A DNA stretch of 64,000 nt. It comes from Dehalococcoidia bacterium. Its GTDB lineage: Bacteria; Chloroflexota; Dehalococcoidia; UBA6926. Positions 51,071 through 61,921 of this stretch are shown here, piece after piece. The number at the start of each line of letters is the position of its first letter. The stretch's first letter is position 1. A program made the position numbers and the translations under genes. Location: the NCBI GenBank assembly GCA_965224255.1, contig CBDCYO010000001.1:12456-76455 (forward strand). Direction: 5' to 3'. The notes under the pieces were generated by a model that was not told the origin of the DNA, ran no database searches, and saw only the letters and a program-made list of their open reading frames with translations.

Positions 51071-51477
51071 GGGCGACGCTGACCGACCGTTGGCTAGCGT
51101 AGCGCCACCTGGAGGATGGGAATACGGCGCCCTGATTATGGGGGACGCGGGGACAAGGGGACGTGTTTTGGTGTCCCGTTTCGGCGGTCCAGCCTACTGA
51201 AAAAGGGAAAGCCCCTATTGCACTACCGTCAGACAGGGGCCAAGGCGATCCCGAAAGATGTGCCAGCCGGCCCGTTCCGCCAGATGGATTGCCGGGGACG
51301 ACCGGCCGTTTGCAGAAGGTGTGGCCGCGGCGCACAGAATGTCGTAGCCGAAAGGTTCTCGGGGACCAACGGCGGCGGCAACCCAGCGTCGTTAGGTGTT
51401 ACGCACCACTATCTCGGCTCGGGCCGTGCATTGCCCAGGCGTGTCGGGCGCCGGTCGCGTCAGATGGCGTCGCCGGT

Positions 51478-51505
51478 GCGAAACGGGGTGTCGTAGTCGG
51501 GGTGT
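51478..51505. repeat. 14-bp perfect tandem duplication
   Basis: ggggtgtcgtagtc ggggtgtcgtagtc. Confidence 0.8.
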
Positions 51506-51778
51506 CGTAGTCGGGGAAGCCCTCGTTCGATTACGTTGCGAGTAGGAGAGGTTGTAGACTTGATCATAGACTTGCCGGCCCAGCCTGCTGAAATTAATGA
51601 CGCTACCCCGTGCAGATAGGGCTGATTGTTTACTCAGAATCACCCTTGACGCCAAGCACACCCCCAAGCTCTGGGAGGGCAGTTGCGGTGTCGGATCAAG
51701 AGGCAGTTGACGTCAGTCGGAAGGATTGGTGAGAATAGCATCGGATTTGGGAAGGAATAGGGAGCGCGGAGTAAGCCA

Positions 51779-52243
51779 ATGACCACTGCGAGGATTCCGG
51801 AACTGCGGAAAGCGCACACCCGGACCCGGGCGCAATTGGCCAGGGCGGCCGTACGGTACGGCAAACGGGCACTGGCCGGTCGTGGGTCCGGCGAGGACGG
51901 TCCGCCTTCGGACCAGGAGGTAGCGCTGCTGCGGGAGCTGTTGGTTGCCGCCGAGGCCATGACGGCGGCGGCGAGGGAACACCGGGCCGCCGCCAACTGG
52001 CAACCCCAGCAACAGCCCTGGGCGGGTGTCGCCGGAGCCAACCCCGACCCACTGTCGGGGTTGTGGTGGGCGGCGTTCCGGCTGGACACGGCCCAGGCTG
52101 CTGGGGATCCGGCGGCGACCATCGAGGCTGGGAAGGCATTGCAGGAGGCGGCGATCGCCTTCTGCGAAGTGGACCGCACCGGCGGCGTCCGGGCCGGCAA
52201 GGCGGCTGACGATGCCGGCAACCCGGCCTTGGATTCCGGCTGA
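51779..52243 (+). CDS. hypothetical protein
   Basis: GGAG RBS before ATG 51779; Ala-rich but consistent frame. Antisense ORFs 51640-52335 judged spurious. Confidence 0.35.
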   Translation: MTTARIPELRKAHTRTRAQLARAAVRYGKRALAGRGSGEDGPPSDQEVALLRELLVAAEAMTAAAREHRAAANWQPQQQPWAGVAGANPDPLSGLWWAAFRLDTAQAAGDPAATIEAGKALQEAAIAFCEVDRTGGVRAGKAADDAGNPALDSG

Positions 52244-52561
52244 TTGCCGGGTAGGCAACGAACCGGGTAGGTGTTAGGTGTAATGACGCTACCGGGTAGA
52301 TAGAGGTTGCATACATACTCAGCGACGCTCTGCACCGGGGATAACCGAGGGCGTCGAGTCGGCAGTTGAGGACTGAGGAAAATGCCTACCGACGACGGCG
52401 CGGCGAGATGCGGCGTCCGGCATCGCTAGCGCCACGCTGGCCGGTTGCCATTCGTCCATGTCAGGCCCGTCACCGATCCCCTCCGCTCTCGCCGGTAGTC
52501 ATGGGTCGATCCGACCGGTTGCGCGACTCAGGGGGCGGTTGGCGCCGAGCATGGTCGCGGT

Positions 52562-53656
52562 CTACGGGGCTGCCAGGTTGCGGGTCAGGTTGTAGATGAA
52601 CCAGCCGTCGCCGTTGCGGAAAACCACCAGGCGGTTGGGCTGGGCGCGCGGCACGGCGCCGATGCCGTCGTGGTACGGCTCCCAATGCACCACCGAGCCG
52701 TAGGCCAACCGGATACTGAGGCCCGGTCCACGAAAATGCAGGTGTTCGCTGGCCACCGCCAATTGGCCGCGTGCCACGGATTCCCAGCCCTGGTCTGGCA
52801 CGTGGCGGTCCACGAACGACTGGGGCCGGTAATAGGGGAGATCCCGGTCCGGCGCCGCCACGCCGGTGATGGTGGTCGACGGCTCCGGAGGCAGCTGGCC
52901 CTGGCAACACTCCACGTCGTCAAAGAGCCACACCAGCTGCTCCGACCTGCGCAGCAGTGCGGACGAGGGCGCGCCTTGCGGGAAATTCATGCGCTGGGGG
53001 ACCAGACCGGCCGCGGCTTCGGCAATGGCAGCACCCTGAACGAACTGGCGCAGCATCCCGTGATGGTCCAGCTGGGCATCGTCCAGGTCGAAATGCCGAG
53101 CGTAGTACAGCAGCGCGGCCTCCCGGTCCAGGTCGATGCCCACATCGCCCAGTTGACGCGCTACCGCGGCCTCCCAGGCCGGCAGCATCAGCTCGCGGCC
53201 CTCCTCATGGGAAAGGTCGGAGCGTTGCAAAAGGTTCGACACCCGCTCCATCCGTGGCGACCGCTGGCGCGTCGCCAGGGCAGCGCGCGCCGCCGCGGCC
53301 AGCAGCGACGCCCTGCGGTCGTCAGGGGTCTGGGACGCCGGATGATGGCCGTCTCGGAACTCCCGCAACCGGGCCGTTTCCGACTGGGTCAGCACGTCAT
53401 CCACCATTCGGTTCAGGTCGGACAGATGCCAGCCGGCGGCCAGAACGGCGTGCAGGTATTCGATTGGCACGTAGCACTGCTGAGCCAGTCCATCCAGAAT
53501 GCGCAGCATTCGCCGCTGGGTGAAATCGGGCCGGCCGGAGGCGGCCACCACCAGATCAACCAGCTGCGCCAAACCCTGACGGTAAGTTGCGGCGCACTGG
53601 CGATGGTTGCTGCGCAACCAACCGGCGCGGTGACCACAAAATCGGCAATGGCCCAT
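52562..53656 (-). CDS. hypothetical protein with N-terminal CRFC...H zinc-ribbon-like motif
   Basis: Likely start MGHCRFCGHRAG; protein-like C-terminus ...NRLVVFRNGDGWFIYNLTRNL. Confidence 0.4.
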   Translation of the reverse strand: MGHCRFCGHRAGWLRSNHRQCAATYRQGLAQLVDLVVAASGRPDFTQRRMLRILDGLAQQCYVPIEYLHAVLAAGWHLSDLNRMVDDVLTQSETARLREFRDGHHPASQTPDDRRASLLAAAARAALATRQRSPRMERVSNLLQRSDLSHEEGRELMLPAWEAAVARQLGDVGIDLDREAALLYYARHFDLDDAQLDHHGMLRQFVQGAAIAEAAAGLVPQRMNFPQGAPSSALLRRSEQLVWLFDDVECCQGQLPPEPSTTITGVAAPDRDLPYYRPQSFVDRHVPDQGWESVARGQLAVASEHLHFRGPGLSIRLAYGSVVHWEPYHDGIGAVPRAQPNRLVVFRNGDGWFIYNLTRNLAAP

Positions 53657-54379
53657 CGCGGTCTCCCGGGTGAAACTGAGGCCAATGATATGACATAACC
53701 GAGGCAGAGACCCGTGGTTGACAGTTATTGCCGTATGGCATAGTATGTATTGTGAACGCTGGGGTGGCTGGGACACTCCACCCGTTACGAACCGAGGGGC
53801 GCAAGCCCGTCAGCACTGGAGGTGGGAAGTGGTTTCGTTGATTACGCTAAACCATAGATGGCAGGGTGACATGGTTGGCCCGGTGGGCGACGCTGCCGCG
53901 GCCTGATTCGTTTCCCGCAATCAGAGCCGTCCTGAGAACCGGCAGAGTTGCCGACCGGGCCGCCAACGGCATTCGGGGTTCCCGCCAGGGAATGGCCGAG
54001 CCGATACCGAACACCAGCCAGGCGCCGATGTACAGTCGGCGTCTGGCTCTTTTTATGAGTGATCTTCCTGGCATTCGATGGTAGTTCCGTCCGGCATCGC
54101 GGCTGCCGGTGAGACTGACCGCCGGGGCTGAAACCTGACCGCTGCAGGGGGCCGGCCTGACGGGACGATCAGCTCAGACCCAGGGCCTACGCTTGGAGAA
54201 GGACTTGGCGGACTCGGGAGTGGGCAGGCCACGCTGTTCCAGGAGCAGCAGGGCCATGCGGCGGAACTCCTCCCGGTCGTGGCGGGAGATCACCGCCTGC
54301 TCGTGGGCCTCGGAGATGGCACCGGATAGCCCAGACCCAGCTGGCACTGCTTGACCAGCATGGCGTGGCGCTGCTGAGA

Positions 54380-54612
54380 GTAGAGTCCTGGGAAGACCGC
54401 GGGCAGCATTCGCCACTGGCAGCCGCTTTTCAGGAGGTACAGTACGCCGCAGAAAACGTCGTACAAGTCCACGGTGCGGGGCTTGGTCCGACGGCGGGCC
54501 GACTCCAACGTCGGCAGAATACGGGCGAATTGCTCCCGGCTGATGTCGCTGGGATAGGAATGAGACATGATTACCCCTCCCCTGATAATAGTCTCAACTT
54601 AACCTATTTCGG
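54380..54612 (-). mobile_element. truncated second copy of the IS5-family element (left IR plus about 55 codons of OrfA)
   Basis: RC matches 24519-24750 (agaacctgtct..gatctc.gaaataggttaag.tgagactattatcaggggaggggtaatcATG...); identity ends after ...CQWRMLPA. Confidence 0.7.
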
Positions 54613-54638
54613 AGATCGGAGACAGGTTCTAAAATGGG

Positions 54639-54923
54639 TCAATCGTGCCCAGCAGCACGGGCCAGCCGTTCTCTCATCCGATCCCGCAGCAGCCGGAGCC
54701 TGGCTTCCTCGGCCTGACGCGCATCGTAGAGCTCGCTCATGCGTCGCAGTGCGTCCGGAGCGTCGGGCCGGCGACCCCTGGCCAGCGCGGCCGTAACCGA
54801 CGTCGGCTGGACGCCAATGGCGCTGGCCACCCGCCGGATGGTTTCGCCCACTTCAAAACAGTCGCCGGCGGCGTTGGCAACCGGGGTAGTGAACACGGTG
54901 GTCGAAGGCCTGGGCATGAGCAA
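54639..54923 (-). CDS. small HTH protein with C-terminal Arg/Leu-rich coiled coil (IS3 OrfA-like or MerR/excisionase-like)
   Basis: GETIRRVASAIGVQPTSVTAALARGRR then ELYDARQAEEARLRLLRDRMRE. Confidence 0.35.
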   Translation of the reverse strand: MLMPRPSTTVFTTPVANAAGDCFEVGETIRRVASAIGVQPTSVTAALARGRRPDAPDALRRMSELYDARQAEEARLRLLRDRMRERLARAAGHD

Positions 54924-55814
54924 TTACCCGCAGCTATAACAGGTTTCGAAAAAACGCCCATTGCGGCGCTTGCCTACGCTATTGATGAGGCACACCGGGC
55001 AGAGGGGTGCGTTCTCATCCTAGCCGTCCCCGAGGCGTCGCTGTCCCGGCGCCCCTGGCTCTGCCGCCGCCGCGGGGCTGAGCAGCCGGCATGGGTGCTC
55101 AGCGGCTTGGCCCGAGGGCAGCGCCAGCGTGGGCGGCTTCCCGAAGCGATCGGCGTACTCCTGCTGGGTCAGTAGAACCTGGCCCAGCTGTCCGCAGCAA
55201 GGGCAACAGAGGATTTCCATGCAACATCCCAAAGTGCCCACGACCGGGCAGACGATTCGGCAGCAAATGCTACACGTGTGGTATAAATTGAACAAGGTTG
55301 AAGGGAGCACCGCGACATGATGGACAACCAGATGCCTATTGACCCCAAGCCGCTCTGTCGCTGCGTCCTCTGCATACACGACGCGATGAGGAATCTGGTC
55401 GCCGCCGTCGCCCGACGAGAAGGCGCGGACCCAGGCCAGGTAACCGGCGTGGTGTGCGGACTGAGGGCCAAGCCTTCGATCGAGCCCGGGCTTAACCGGG
55501 CTGGCTGCTGGCCAACGGGTACGAGTGGACACCCTGCGGCCGCAGGCTGCAGCTGGTGGAAAGGTAGAGCAGAATGCCAGCGCCGGTGAACATCGATCGT
55601 GAAGCCCGCACCGGAAGCGGGCGCTTGCTAGTCGATTGTTACTGCACCAGTTGCGACGAGTACTCGGGCGGTGGACTCTGCCGGGTATGCCAGCGCGCCG
55701 TCGACTACGGGCTGCCGGCCTCGGCCGATCAACCCCTGCAGCCGGAACGCCCACCGGTGGAGCCGGATGTGTCGACCGACGACGTGGCTCCTACGTCCAG
55801 GCTTTTCTGAGGTG

Positions 55815-56156
55815 GATGATGGCATTCAGTACACTGCCACGCTCGATTATGTCGTCAGCGTTCGGGTCGTGGACGATGAGAACAATCCGGTGGCGAATTG
55901 CAACGAAGACGGTGTTGCAGGCAGTTATCTACTCTATACCGTTCCGGACGACCGGAGTTGGGGGCGCAAGGTAACGCTTTCAGCATTATGCATTTCAGGA
56001 CTGGGCAGTAAAACACTGGTGGTTGAACTTCTGAACGGGTCGTCGGAATACCTGGGGCGCGCGGAGTTCGTGTTGAGTACGGAACGGGACATCGTGGGAC
56101 AACTGAACGAGGCGGGCATCCCGTCGCCTATGGAAACGGCGACCCATCGACATTGA
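55815..56156 (+). CDS. hypothetical protein (GTG start)
   Basis: Protein-like C-terminal part of ORF 55671-56156 (VDDGIQYTATLDYVVSVRVVDDENNPV...). Confidence 0.3.
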   Translation, partial: DDGIQYTATLDYVVSVRVVDDENNPVANCNEDGVAGSYLLYTVPDDRSWGRKVTLSALCISGLGSKTLVVELLNGSSEYLGRAEFVLSTERDIVGQLNEAGIPSPMETATHRH

Positions 56157-56175
56157 TCGGAACCTGATCGCCGAC

Positions 56176-56442
56176 GTGTTGGACGACATCCGCCGCGAAG
56201 CGAGGTGCGAGATGATGGAACGAGCTACCACCGCACAGCTGCGGTACCTGGAGCGGCTACTGGCCAACGCCAACACCACTTGGCCGATGGTCAAGGGTCG
56301 CTGGGCCGAAGCGCCCGCTCGCTTTGACGAGTTGGACACACAGCAGGCCGGCGCACTGATCGCCGCGTTGCGTCGGCATGGCCACGTTCCGGCGAACCAC
56401 AGCCTGGGTGGCGGGCCACCCAGACGGCAAGACACTGATTGA
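56176..56442 (+). CDS. hypothetical small protein
   Basis: ORF track. Confidence 0.3.
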   Translation: MLDDIRREARCEMMERATTAQLRYLERLLANANTTWPMVKGRWAEAPARFDELDTQQAGALIAALRRHGHVPANHSLGGGPPRRQDTD

Positions 56443-56903
56443 TGCAGCGCGATTCCGTAAATGAGGCAACAGGAACCAGCCCAGCGGGGAAGAGAACATC
56501 GGCTGTGGACACTGTTCCGGAGCCGGGGACAATGGCAACTTCTGGAACATTGGTGCCCGGCCGCTGGACGGAGGAGCTGGCTGCCGATTTCACGGCGGGT
56601 CTGGAGGTCGTGGCCAGACGGGTTATGTTCCAAGTGTGGCGGGCGGGTGAAAGGGGTATCCACCGCAATGTACTTTGCCAACGGGCCGACCTGACGCCGG
56701 TGGAGTTGCGCTCGTTGCTGATAAGGATGGGCCACGTGCTGAGGAGGTTCCAGCGGGAGCGGGGCCTGGCGCTGTCCCGGCCGGTGGCGGCCAACAGCCC
56801 GTTGCAGAGCTACTTAGTCGGTCCCGACTTTGCCGCGGCGGCGTCCGGTCTGTTCGGCGAGAGGACGGCGGACCAGCTGTCCAGTGGCTTGCGGCGCCCC
56901 TGA
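56439..56903 (+). CDS. wHTH-containing hypothetical protein (gene A, copy 1)
   Basis: ERGIHRNVLCQRADLTPVELRSLLIRMGHVLRRFQ; paralog at 61409-61921 (~80% aa identity). Confidence 0.5.
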   Translation: MMQRDSVNEATGTSPAGKRTSAVDTVPEPGTMATSGTLVPGRWTEELAADFTAGLEVVARRVMFQVWRAGERGIHRNVLCQRADLTPVELRSLLIRMGHVLRRFQRERGLALSRPVAANSPLQSYLVGPDFAAAASGLFGERTADQLSSGLRRP

Positions 56904-56906
56904 CGA

Positions 56907-57209
56907 ATGCGTGTCATACGGCACCTGGAAGAACGAACCGTGCACCGGTTGTTGAACACGCTGACGATAATGGTCGGCCTGTTGGTTATGCTGGCCTGCG
57001 GAGGTGACACCGACGACCGTATGTTGCATCGATACGCCAAATGCCTGACGGACACCAACACCACCCTGCATCGCCTGACCGTGTCCAGCGCCCTCGGGAC
57101 TGTTCCGCTGAGTGCCGAGGCGATGGAGGAGCGGTTGCGTGGTCAACTGGAGAGAGGGGAGCTCACCATGGGGAAGATCAGGGCCGACTACGCCCACTAC
57201 TGTAAATAG
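56907..57209 (+). CDS. small putative lipoprotein (gene B, copy 1)
   Basis: LLNTLTIMVGLLVMLACGGD signal/lipobox-like; paralog at 63177-. Confidence 0.5.
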   Translation: MRVIRHLEERTVHRLLNTLTIMVGLLVMLACGGDTDDRMLHRYAKCLTDTNTTLHRLTVSSALGTVPLSAEAMEERLRGQLERGELTMGKIRADYAHYCK

Positions 57210-57264
57210 GAGCCGGTGATTAACGACAATTAGTCCGACGCTTTGACGCCGGGCAAGTGATTTT

Positions 57265-58869
57265 ATGGTTGAAGTGTTCGCCGGTATCCTGGGAGGAGTA
57301 GGGCTGCTCTTTTTCGGGATGTGGATGCTGTCGGAGAATCTGAAGGCGCTGGTTGGCCCCCGGCTGCGGATGCTGGCCAGCCGTTTGGCCGACAACCGTT
57401 TTGCGGCATTCGGCTGGGGGTCGCTGGCCGGCGCGATTACCCAGAGTTCGCCGGCGGTTACCTTTATCACCGTCAGCATGGTGCGGTCGGGGCTGATTTC
57501 CGCGCGGCAGGGTTATCCCATCGCGCTGGGCGCCCAGTTGGGCGTGGGACTTATCCTGCTGATAGTTACCCTGGACATCAGGCTGGTCGCCCTCGGTGGC
57601 CTGGGCGTGGGGAGCATCGTGATTACGCGAGCCCGGCGGGGCAATTACCGGGCAACCGGCGCAATGCTGTTCGGAATCGCCGCGCTGTTGTTCGGTCTGG
57701 CGCTAATCAAGGAGTCGGCTGCGCCCCTGGCGGACCAGCCGTGGTTCCGGGCCGCGCTGGACATCTCAACCCGTTCCATCCTGCTGTCGTTCGTCCTCGG
57801 GGCGCTGCTCACGTTCATGGTGCAGGCGCTGGTGCCGGTAGTGGCCTTCGGCATCGGGCTGGCCGCGGCAAATCTGGTGGGCGTCGAACAGGTGTTGATG
57901 TATATCTACGGCTCTTACGTCGGCCTCGGCATCAGCGTAGTGGTGGTTTCCGCAAACTTGAGGGGCACCGCCCGCCAGATCGGTATGTTCTGGGCCGGCC
58001 AGTGTTTCTTCTCAGCGGCGATACTGGTTCCCCTGCTCTACGTGGAGGTGTACCTCGGCGTACCGCTGGTCAAGGCCGCCGTAACCGCCCTGGACATCGG
58101 CCTGGGCCCTCAAATGGCCATCGCCGTCATCATTTTCGGTATGCCTTCCCGCATCATCGTGCTGTCCGCTCCGGAGTGGACCATGCGATTGTTCTCCCGT
58201 TTCTGGCCGGCCAGCGACGAAGAACAGCAGTCCCAGACCCGGTACATCCACGACCGGGCCATTGACGACGTTGACACGGCCCTGGACCTGGTGCACCTGG
58301 AGCAGGCCCGGGTGCTCCGGACCTTCTCGGATTACCTGGACAGAGCCCGTATGGGAGAGGCCCTGGGCACGGTCCGCGACTCCACTCGGGAAGTCAACGC
58401 TCGGATCGACGAGTTTCTGGGTGAGCTGTCCCGTCAGCACCCCGGCGTCAGCGGCGAACGCCATAGCGCCATGCTGAACCGCCAGAGGTTGATCGCCTGG
58501 CTGGAAGAACAGTTCGCGACTCTGCCCGACGTACTGCGGCAGTTACCCGGAGATCCCGCGCTGGAAGCCTTCCGCGCGAGCGTGGTGGAGGGGACCGATG
58601 CCGCCTTTCTGATCTTCCTGGATGCCCTGGAAGACGACGATCCCGAATCCTGGGAGTTTGTCGTTGAGCTGATGGGAGACCGCCGGGTGATGATGCAGGA
58701 AGTCCGGTCCAGGTACCTGCCCACCGAACCGGACGATGACCCTGAGCGCCGCTGTCTTATCGTCGAGGCCACCAACGCCGTGGAGAACATTTTTTTCCTG
58801 CTGGCCCAGCTGATGCGCGAATTCCATACCGACGACGCCCTGCTGCCGTCCTCCTCATCGGAGCGATGA
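57265..58869 (+). CDS. Na+/phosphate cotransporter family protein (NptA-like) with C-terminal PhoU-like domain
   Basis: GSLAGAITQSSPAVTFITVSMV signature repeated in second half (VPVVAFGIGLAAANLVG). Confidence 0.85.
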   Translation: MVEVFAGILGGVGLLFFGMWMLSENLKALVGPRLRMLASRLADNRFAAFGWGSLAGAITQSSPAVTFITVSMVRSGLISARQGYPIALGAQLGVGLILLIVTLDIRLVALGGLGVGSIVITRARRGNYRATGAMLFGIAALLFGLALIKESAAPLADQPWFRAALDISTRSILLSFVLGALLTFMVQALVPVVAFGIGLAAANLVGVEQVLMYIYGSYVGLGISVVVVSANLRGTARQIGMFWAGQCFFSAAILVPLLYVEVYLGVPLVKAAVTALDIGLGPQMAIAVIIFGMPSRIIVLSAPEWTMRLFSRFWPASDEEQQSQTRYIHDRAIDDVDTALDLVHLEQARVLRTFSDYLDRARMGEALGTVRDSTREVNARIDEFLGELSRQHPGVSGERHSAMLNRQRLIAWLEEQFATLPDVLRQLPGDPALEAFRASVVEGTDAAFLIFLDALEDDDPESWEFVVELMGDRRVMMQEVRSRYLPTEPDDDPERRCLIVEATNAVENIFFLLAQLMREFHTDDALLPSSSSER

Positions 58870-59461
58870 TTGCGCCGGCCAAGGAGCCATGCTGTTGCCG
58901 ATCCTGGTCGATGTTCGATATCGAAACTTTGCGGACATTCTGCAAGCCATGCGCCGACTCATGCATATGTAAACGGCGGCGGCCAAGTACGGTCTTCGCT
59001 CGCTGGCCAGCCGCTACTATCAACTCAGCAAGGAAATCCACGACCTGAAGGCCGAGCTGGAACGACTCACCAGGACGGCAGCGCCAGCCCTGGTCAGTGT
59101 CTTCGGCGTAGGACCAGACACCGCGGCGACACTGCTGATCGCTGCTGGGAGCAACCCGGAACGCCTCCACTCAGAAGCCGCCTTCGCATCCTTGTGCGGA
59201 GTGAGCCCGATACCTGCTTCCTCCGGCAAGACCAACCGGCACCGGCTCAACTGCGGCGGCGACCGCCAGGCCAATGCGGCCCTCTATCGCATCGTCCTGG
59301 TCAGGCTTCGTCATGACGTCCGGACCAAGGCATACATGCGTCGCCGCACCGGAGATGGAATGAGCAAGAGTGAGGTTATCCGTTGCCTGAAACGCTACGT
59401 TGCCCGCGAGGTCTTCTCCGTCCTAAAGAACTCCTCGTGGACGGTTGGCAGCGCAGCTTGA
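58870..59461 (+). pseudogene. IS110-family (IS1111-like) transposase C-terminal fragment; N-terminal DEDD domain missing
   Basis: VFGVGPDTAATLLIAAGSNPERLHSEAAFASLCGVSPIPASSGKTNRHRLN ... LKRYVAREVF across two frames; unrelated to the IS110 copies at 1-360 and 49890-51070. Confidence 0.7.
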
Positions 59462-59802
59462 CATCTATAGGAGCATCATTCTCGCTGGACTGTTAGCCAC
59501 TGACCTAATCGTAGAGCATCGACACTATTGACCATAGAAAATGCAATCCGCAACGGCTGCACTCATGCGCGGCACGTAAATCATCGACCAGCCAGACCGC
59601 CTCAACAGCGACGTCGGGCTTCAGCGCGCCCTGCACGGCGCTATGTAAAGCACCGCGGCGACACTGCGTCGGCAGTCGCCGAATCGTCCTGGGCCAGTCG
59701 GGCAGAACTACGTTTCAGCAGCCAAGGCAACAGCCCACATCGCCCCGAATCCGGCGCACCACAGATTACGGATATCGTGCCGACGCCGCCGACTTGAACA
59801 AT

Positions 59803-59973
59803 CCTACGATGCAGGGAGAGCGCCGATGCGGAACTTCTTCGTGCCGCAGTCAACGCAGATGGCCTGGGCGGCAGCGCGGCCGTTCTTCATGGTGACGGCC
59901 TCGATGTCCCTGGAGGCGGTCTTGGCCTTGCACTTGACGCAGTAGATTTCGACGGCTTCGGAAGGGGTGGTCA
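59803..59973 (-). CDS. 56-aa zinc-ribbon protein (CxxC...CxxC), below the ORF-track length cutoff
   Basis: AGGAG RBS 8 nt before ATG. MTTPSEAVEIYCVKCKAKTASRDIEAVTMKNGRAAAQAICVDCGTKKFRIGALPAS; resembles small actinobacterial DUF5679-type proteins. Confidence 0.5.
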
Positions 59974-60329
59974 TGGATGGACGCTCCTGAAGAGGGAATG
60001 ACTGTCGTCATTGTAACCCGCCGCGGCGCCTCGCCCGACCCGCCGCCGGTGCCGGCATTCTGGTGACACTTGCCCCTTACGCCGCAGGCCACCAGCCGAA
60101 TAGAATGGTCTCACCGCTGCGGGAGTGCGGTCGACGAACTGCTGACCGCCCGCAGCGGACATACAACGCGGGTTGCGTTGCTCGTTGCCTACGATACGTC
60201 CGTCGTTGCTGGCCAGCAGGTTCCGCGAAGGCCGCCTGTTGGAACCCCAGGGCGGTCATAAGCCAGGCAAATGTGGCCGATAGCTCATGGCGATCCACAT
60301 CGTGATGTGATCGGATGCGGTAATCCACA

Positions 60330-60725
60330 TCACCCACGCTGCGCTCGGGTTCGCGCAGCGATCTCGGATGTGAGCCGAGCCAGGTCCCTGATATGGGACA
60401 TCGCCTGTTCCCGCTCCGCTCCATTCAGGCGTCGCCGGTACCGACGAAAGGTGTGCCTGAACTGGCGGGTCCCGTTTTGAAGTCGCTCCAAACGCTGGGT
60501 CTGGCTGTCGTTGGGAGTGGCCGGCCCCAGCCCCAGCATGGGGAATTCGCCAATCCCCCCGCGTCGCACTGTCGCAGCTCGCAGAATCCGGTAGACGGCC
60601 GCGACGTGCTGAGCAATTTGAGATCGCTCCTCCGGTGTACCATCCGGAGCGTGATCGGCTGCCGTCGTCGTCGCCTTCGCCAGCTGTCGCCCAATCGTCA
60701 GGAATATGTAGGTTCTCGATAACAT
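60330..60725 (-). CDS. hypothetical protein
   Basis: GGGAG RBS before ATG (MLSRTYIFLTIGRQ...). 3' end lies in repeat R2 copy b. Confidence 0.25.
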   Translation of the reverse strand: MLSRTYIFLTIGRQLAKATTTAADHAPDGTPEERSQIAQHVAAVYRILRAATVRRGGIGEFPMLGLGPATPNDSQTQRLERLQNGTRQFRHTFRRYRRRLNGAEREQAMSHIRDLARLTSEIAARTRAQRG

Positions 60726-61164
60726 CGTCTCCCAATCACCGGAAACGCCGTTGGGCACGATGTTACCACCGGGCGTAAAAGTGCCCGACCCCTTCGGATC
60801 AAGCCCTCAGTCGGCAGGTACCCCAATCGTGACAATCAGAACCATCGCCGTAATCTCCATCGTGGTTTTTCCACTCGCCTGTTCGTCGTAATCACTGCGT
60901 CAGGGTCAATGTTCAACGTGAATAGGCTGGGTGAGTAGGCTGGCGATTTACACGGACACTCGTCCACCCTGGGAGCGCGGTGCAGTGACAGATATCAGGT
61001 TGCCGTTTGTCGGTCAATCACCTTCTATTTGAGGCAATCACTCGCCGATAAGCAACCTTTTCATTGCGGCAATGCGGCCGGCAGGACGTATTGTCGTCGA
61101 TCAGGAGTGGGTGAATTGTATAATCTGCATGCAATCAGCCAATCCGATTGGTGCAGGTGCAGCC

Positions 61165-61407
61165 ATGTCGAACTCCATCGTGCGAAGAACGGTCTGGATC
61201 ACCGCCGGCGTATGGGCGGTCCTGATCCTCGCGGTGATAATCCAGTCCATGTTGGGCGTGACGGTAGCCGGCGCCAGGCCGGAAGCCAGCCGGCTGATAA
61301 TCACGATGACGCTGCTGTTCACGGTGGGCACGTCCGTAGTCGCCATTGGCGCGGCAATGGCCATCGGGTGGTGGAGCCGCCGGCGGGCTGCCAGCGGGAA
61401 CGACTGA
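61165..61407 (+). CDS. small two-TM membrane protein
   Basis: MSNSIVRRTVWITAGVWAVLILAVIIQ...LIITMTLLFTVGTSVVAIGAAMAIGWW. Confidence 0.3.
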   Translation: MSNSIVRRTVWITAGVWAVLILAVIIQSMLGVTVAGARPEASRLIITMTLLFTVGTSVVAIGAAMAIGWWSRRRAASGND

Positions 61408-61408
61408 A

Positions 61409-61921
61409 ATGGTGAAGTTGCATCTGGAACTGGAGGGCGAGGTGGGCGAGGTGGTCCGGGTGCTGCGCCGCATCGGCGGCGGGGACAACGCAGGCGGCGA
61501 GGTTCGGGATGGGCCGCGCCCGGCCCCAGCGGAGGAGAGAACAGCGGCTGTGGACACTGTTCCGGAGCCGGGGACAACGGCAACTTCTGCAGCGTTGGCG
61601 CCCGGCCGCTGGACGGAGGAGCTGGCTGCCGACTTCACGGCAGGCCTGGATGTCGTGGCCGGGCCGGTGTTGTGGCACGTGTGGCGGGCGGGCGAAAGGG
61701 GCATCCATCGGAACACACTCTGCCAGAGGACGGACCTTTCGCTGGTGGAGTTGCGCTCGTTGCTGATTAGGATGGGCCGCGTGCTGGGGAGGTTCCAGCG
61801 GGAACGGGGCCTGGCGCTGTCGCGGCCGATGGCGGCCAACAGCCCGTTGCGGAGCTATTTCGTCGATCCCGAATTCGCCGCGGTGGCGTCCGATCTGTTC
61901 AACGAGAGTATGCCGGACTAG
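61409..61921 (+). CDS. gene A copy 2 (wHTH hypothetical), 3' end altered by IS630 insertion
   Basis: ...ERGIHRNTLCQRTDLSLVELRSLLIRMGRVLGRFQ; ends ...FNESMPD* at the IS junction, versus ...FGERTADQLSSGLRRP* in copy 1. Confidence 0.5.
   Translation: MVKLHLELEGEVGEVVRVLRRIGGGDNAGGEVRDGPRPAPAEERTAAVDTVPEPGTTATSAALAPGRWTEELAADFTAGLDVVAGPVLWHVWRAGERGIHRNTLCQRTDLSLVELRSLLIRMGRVLGRFQRERGLALSRPMAANSPLRSYFVDPEFAAVASDLFNESMPD

Noticed and set aside
51640-52335. Overlapping 181-231-aa ORFs on the - strand (Pro/Arg/Ala-rich)
   Set aside because: Low-complexity GC-driven translations opposite a + strand ORF with an RBS. No motifs.
55020-56735. Long - strand ORFs 55020-55754 and 55995-56735
   Set aside because: Cys/Arg/Pro-rich low-complexity translations antisense to more protein-like + strand ORFs. 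Treated as spurious.
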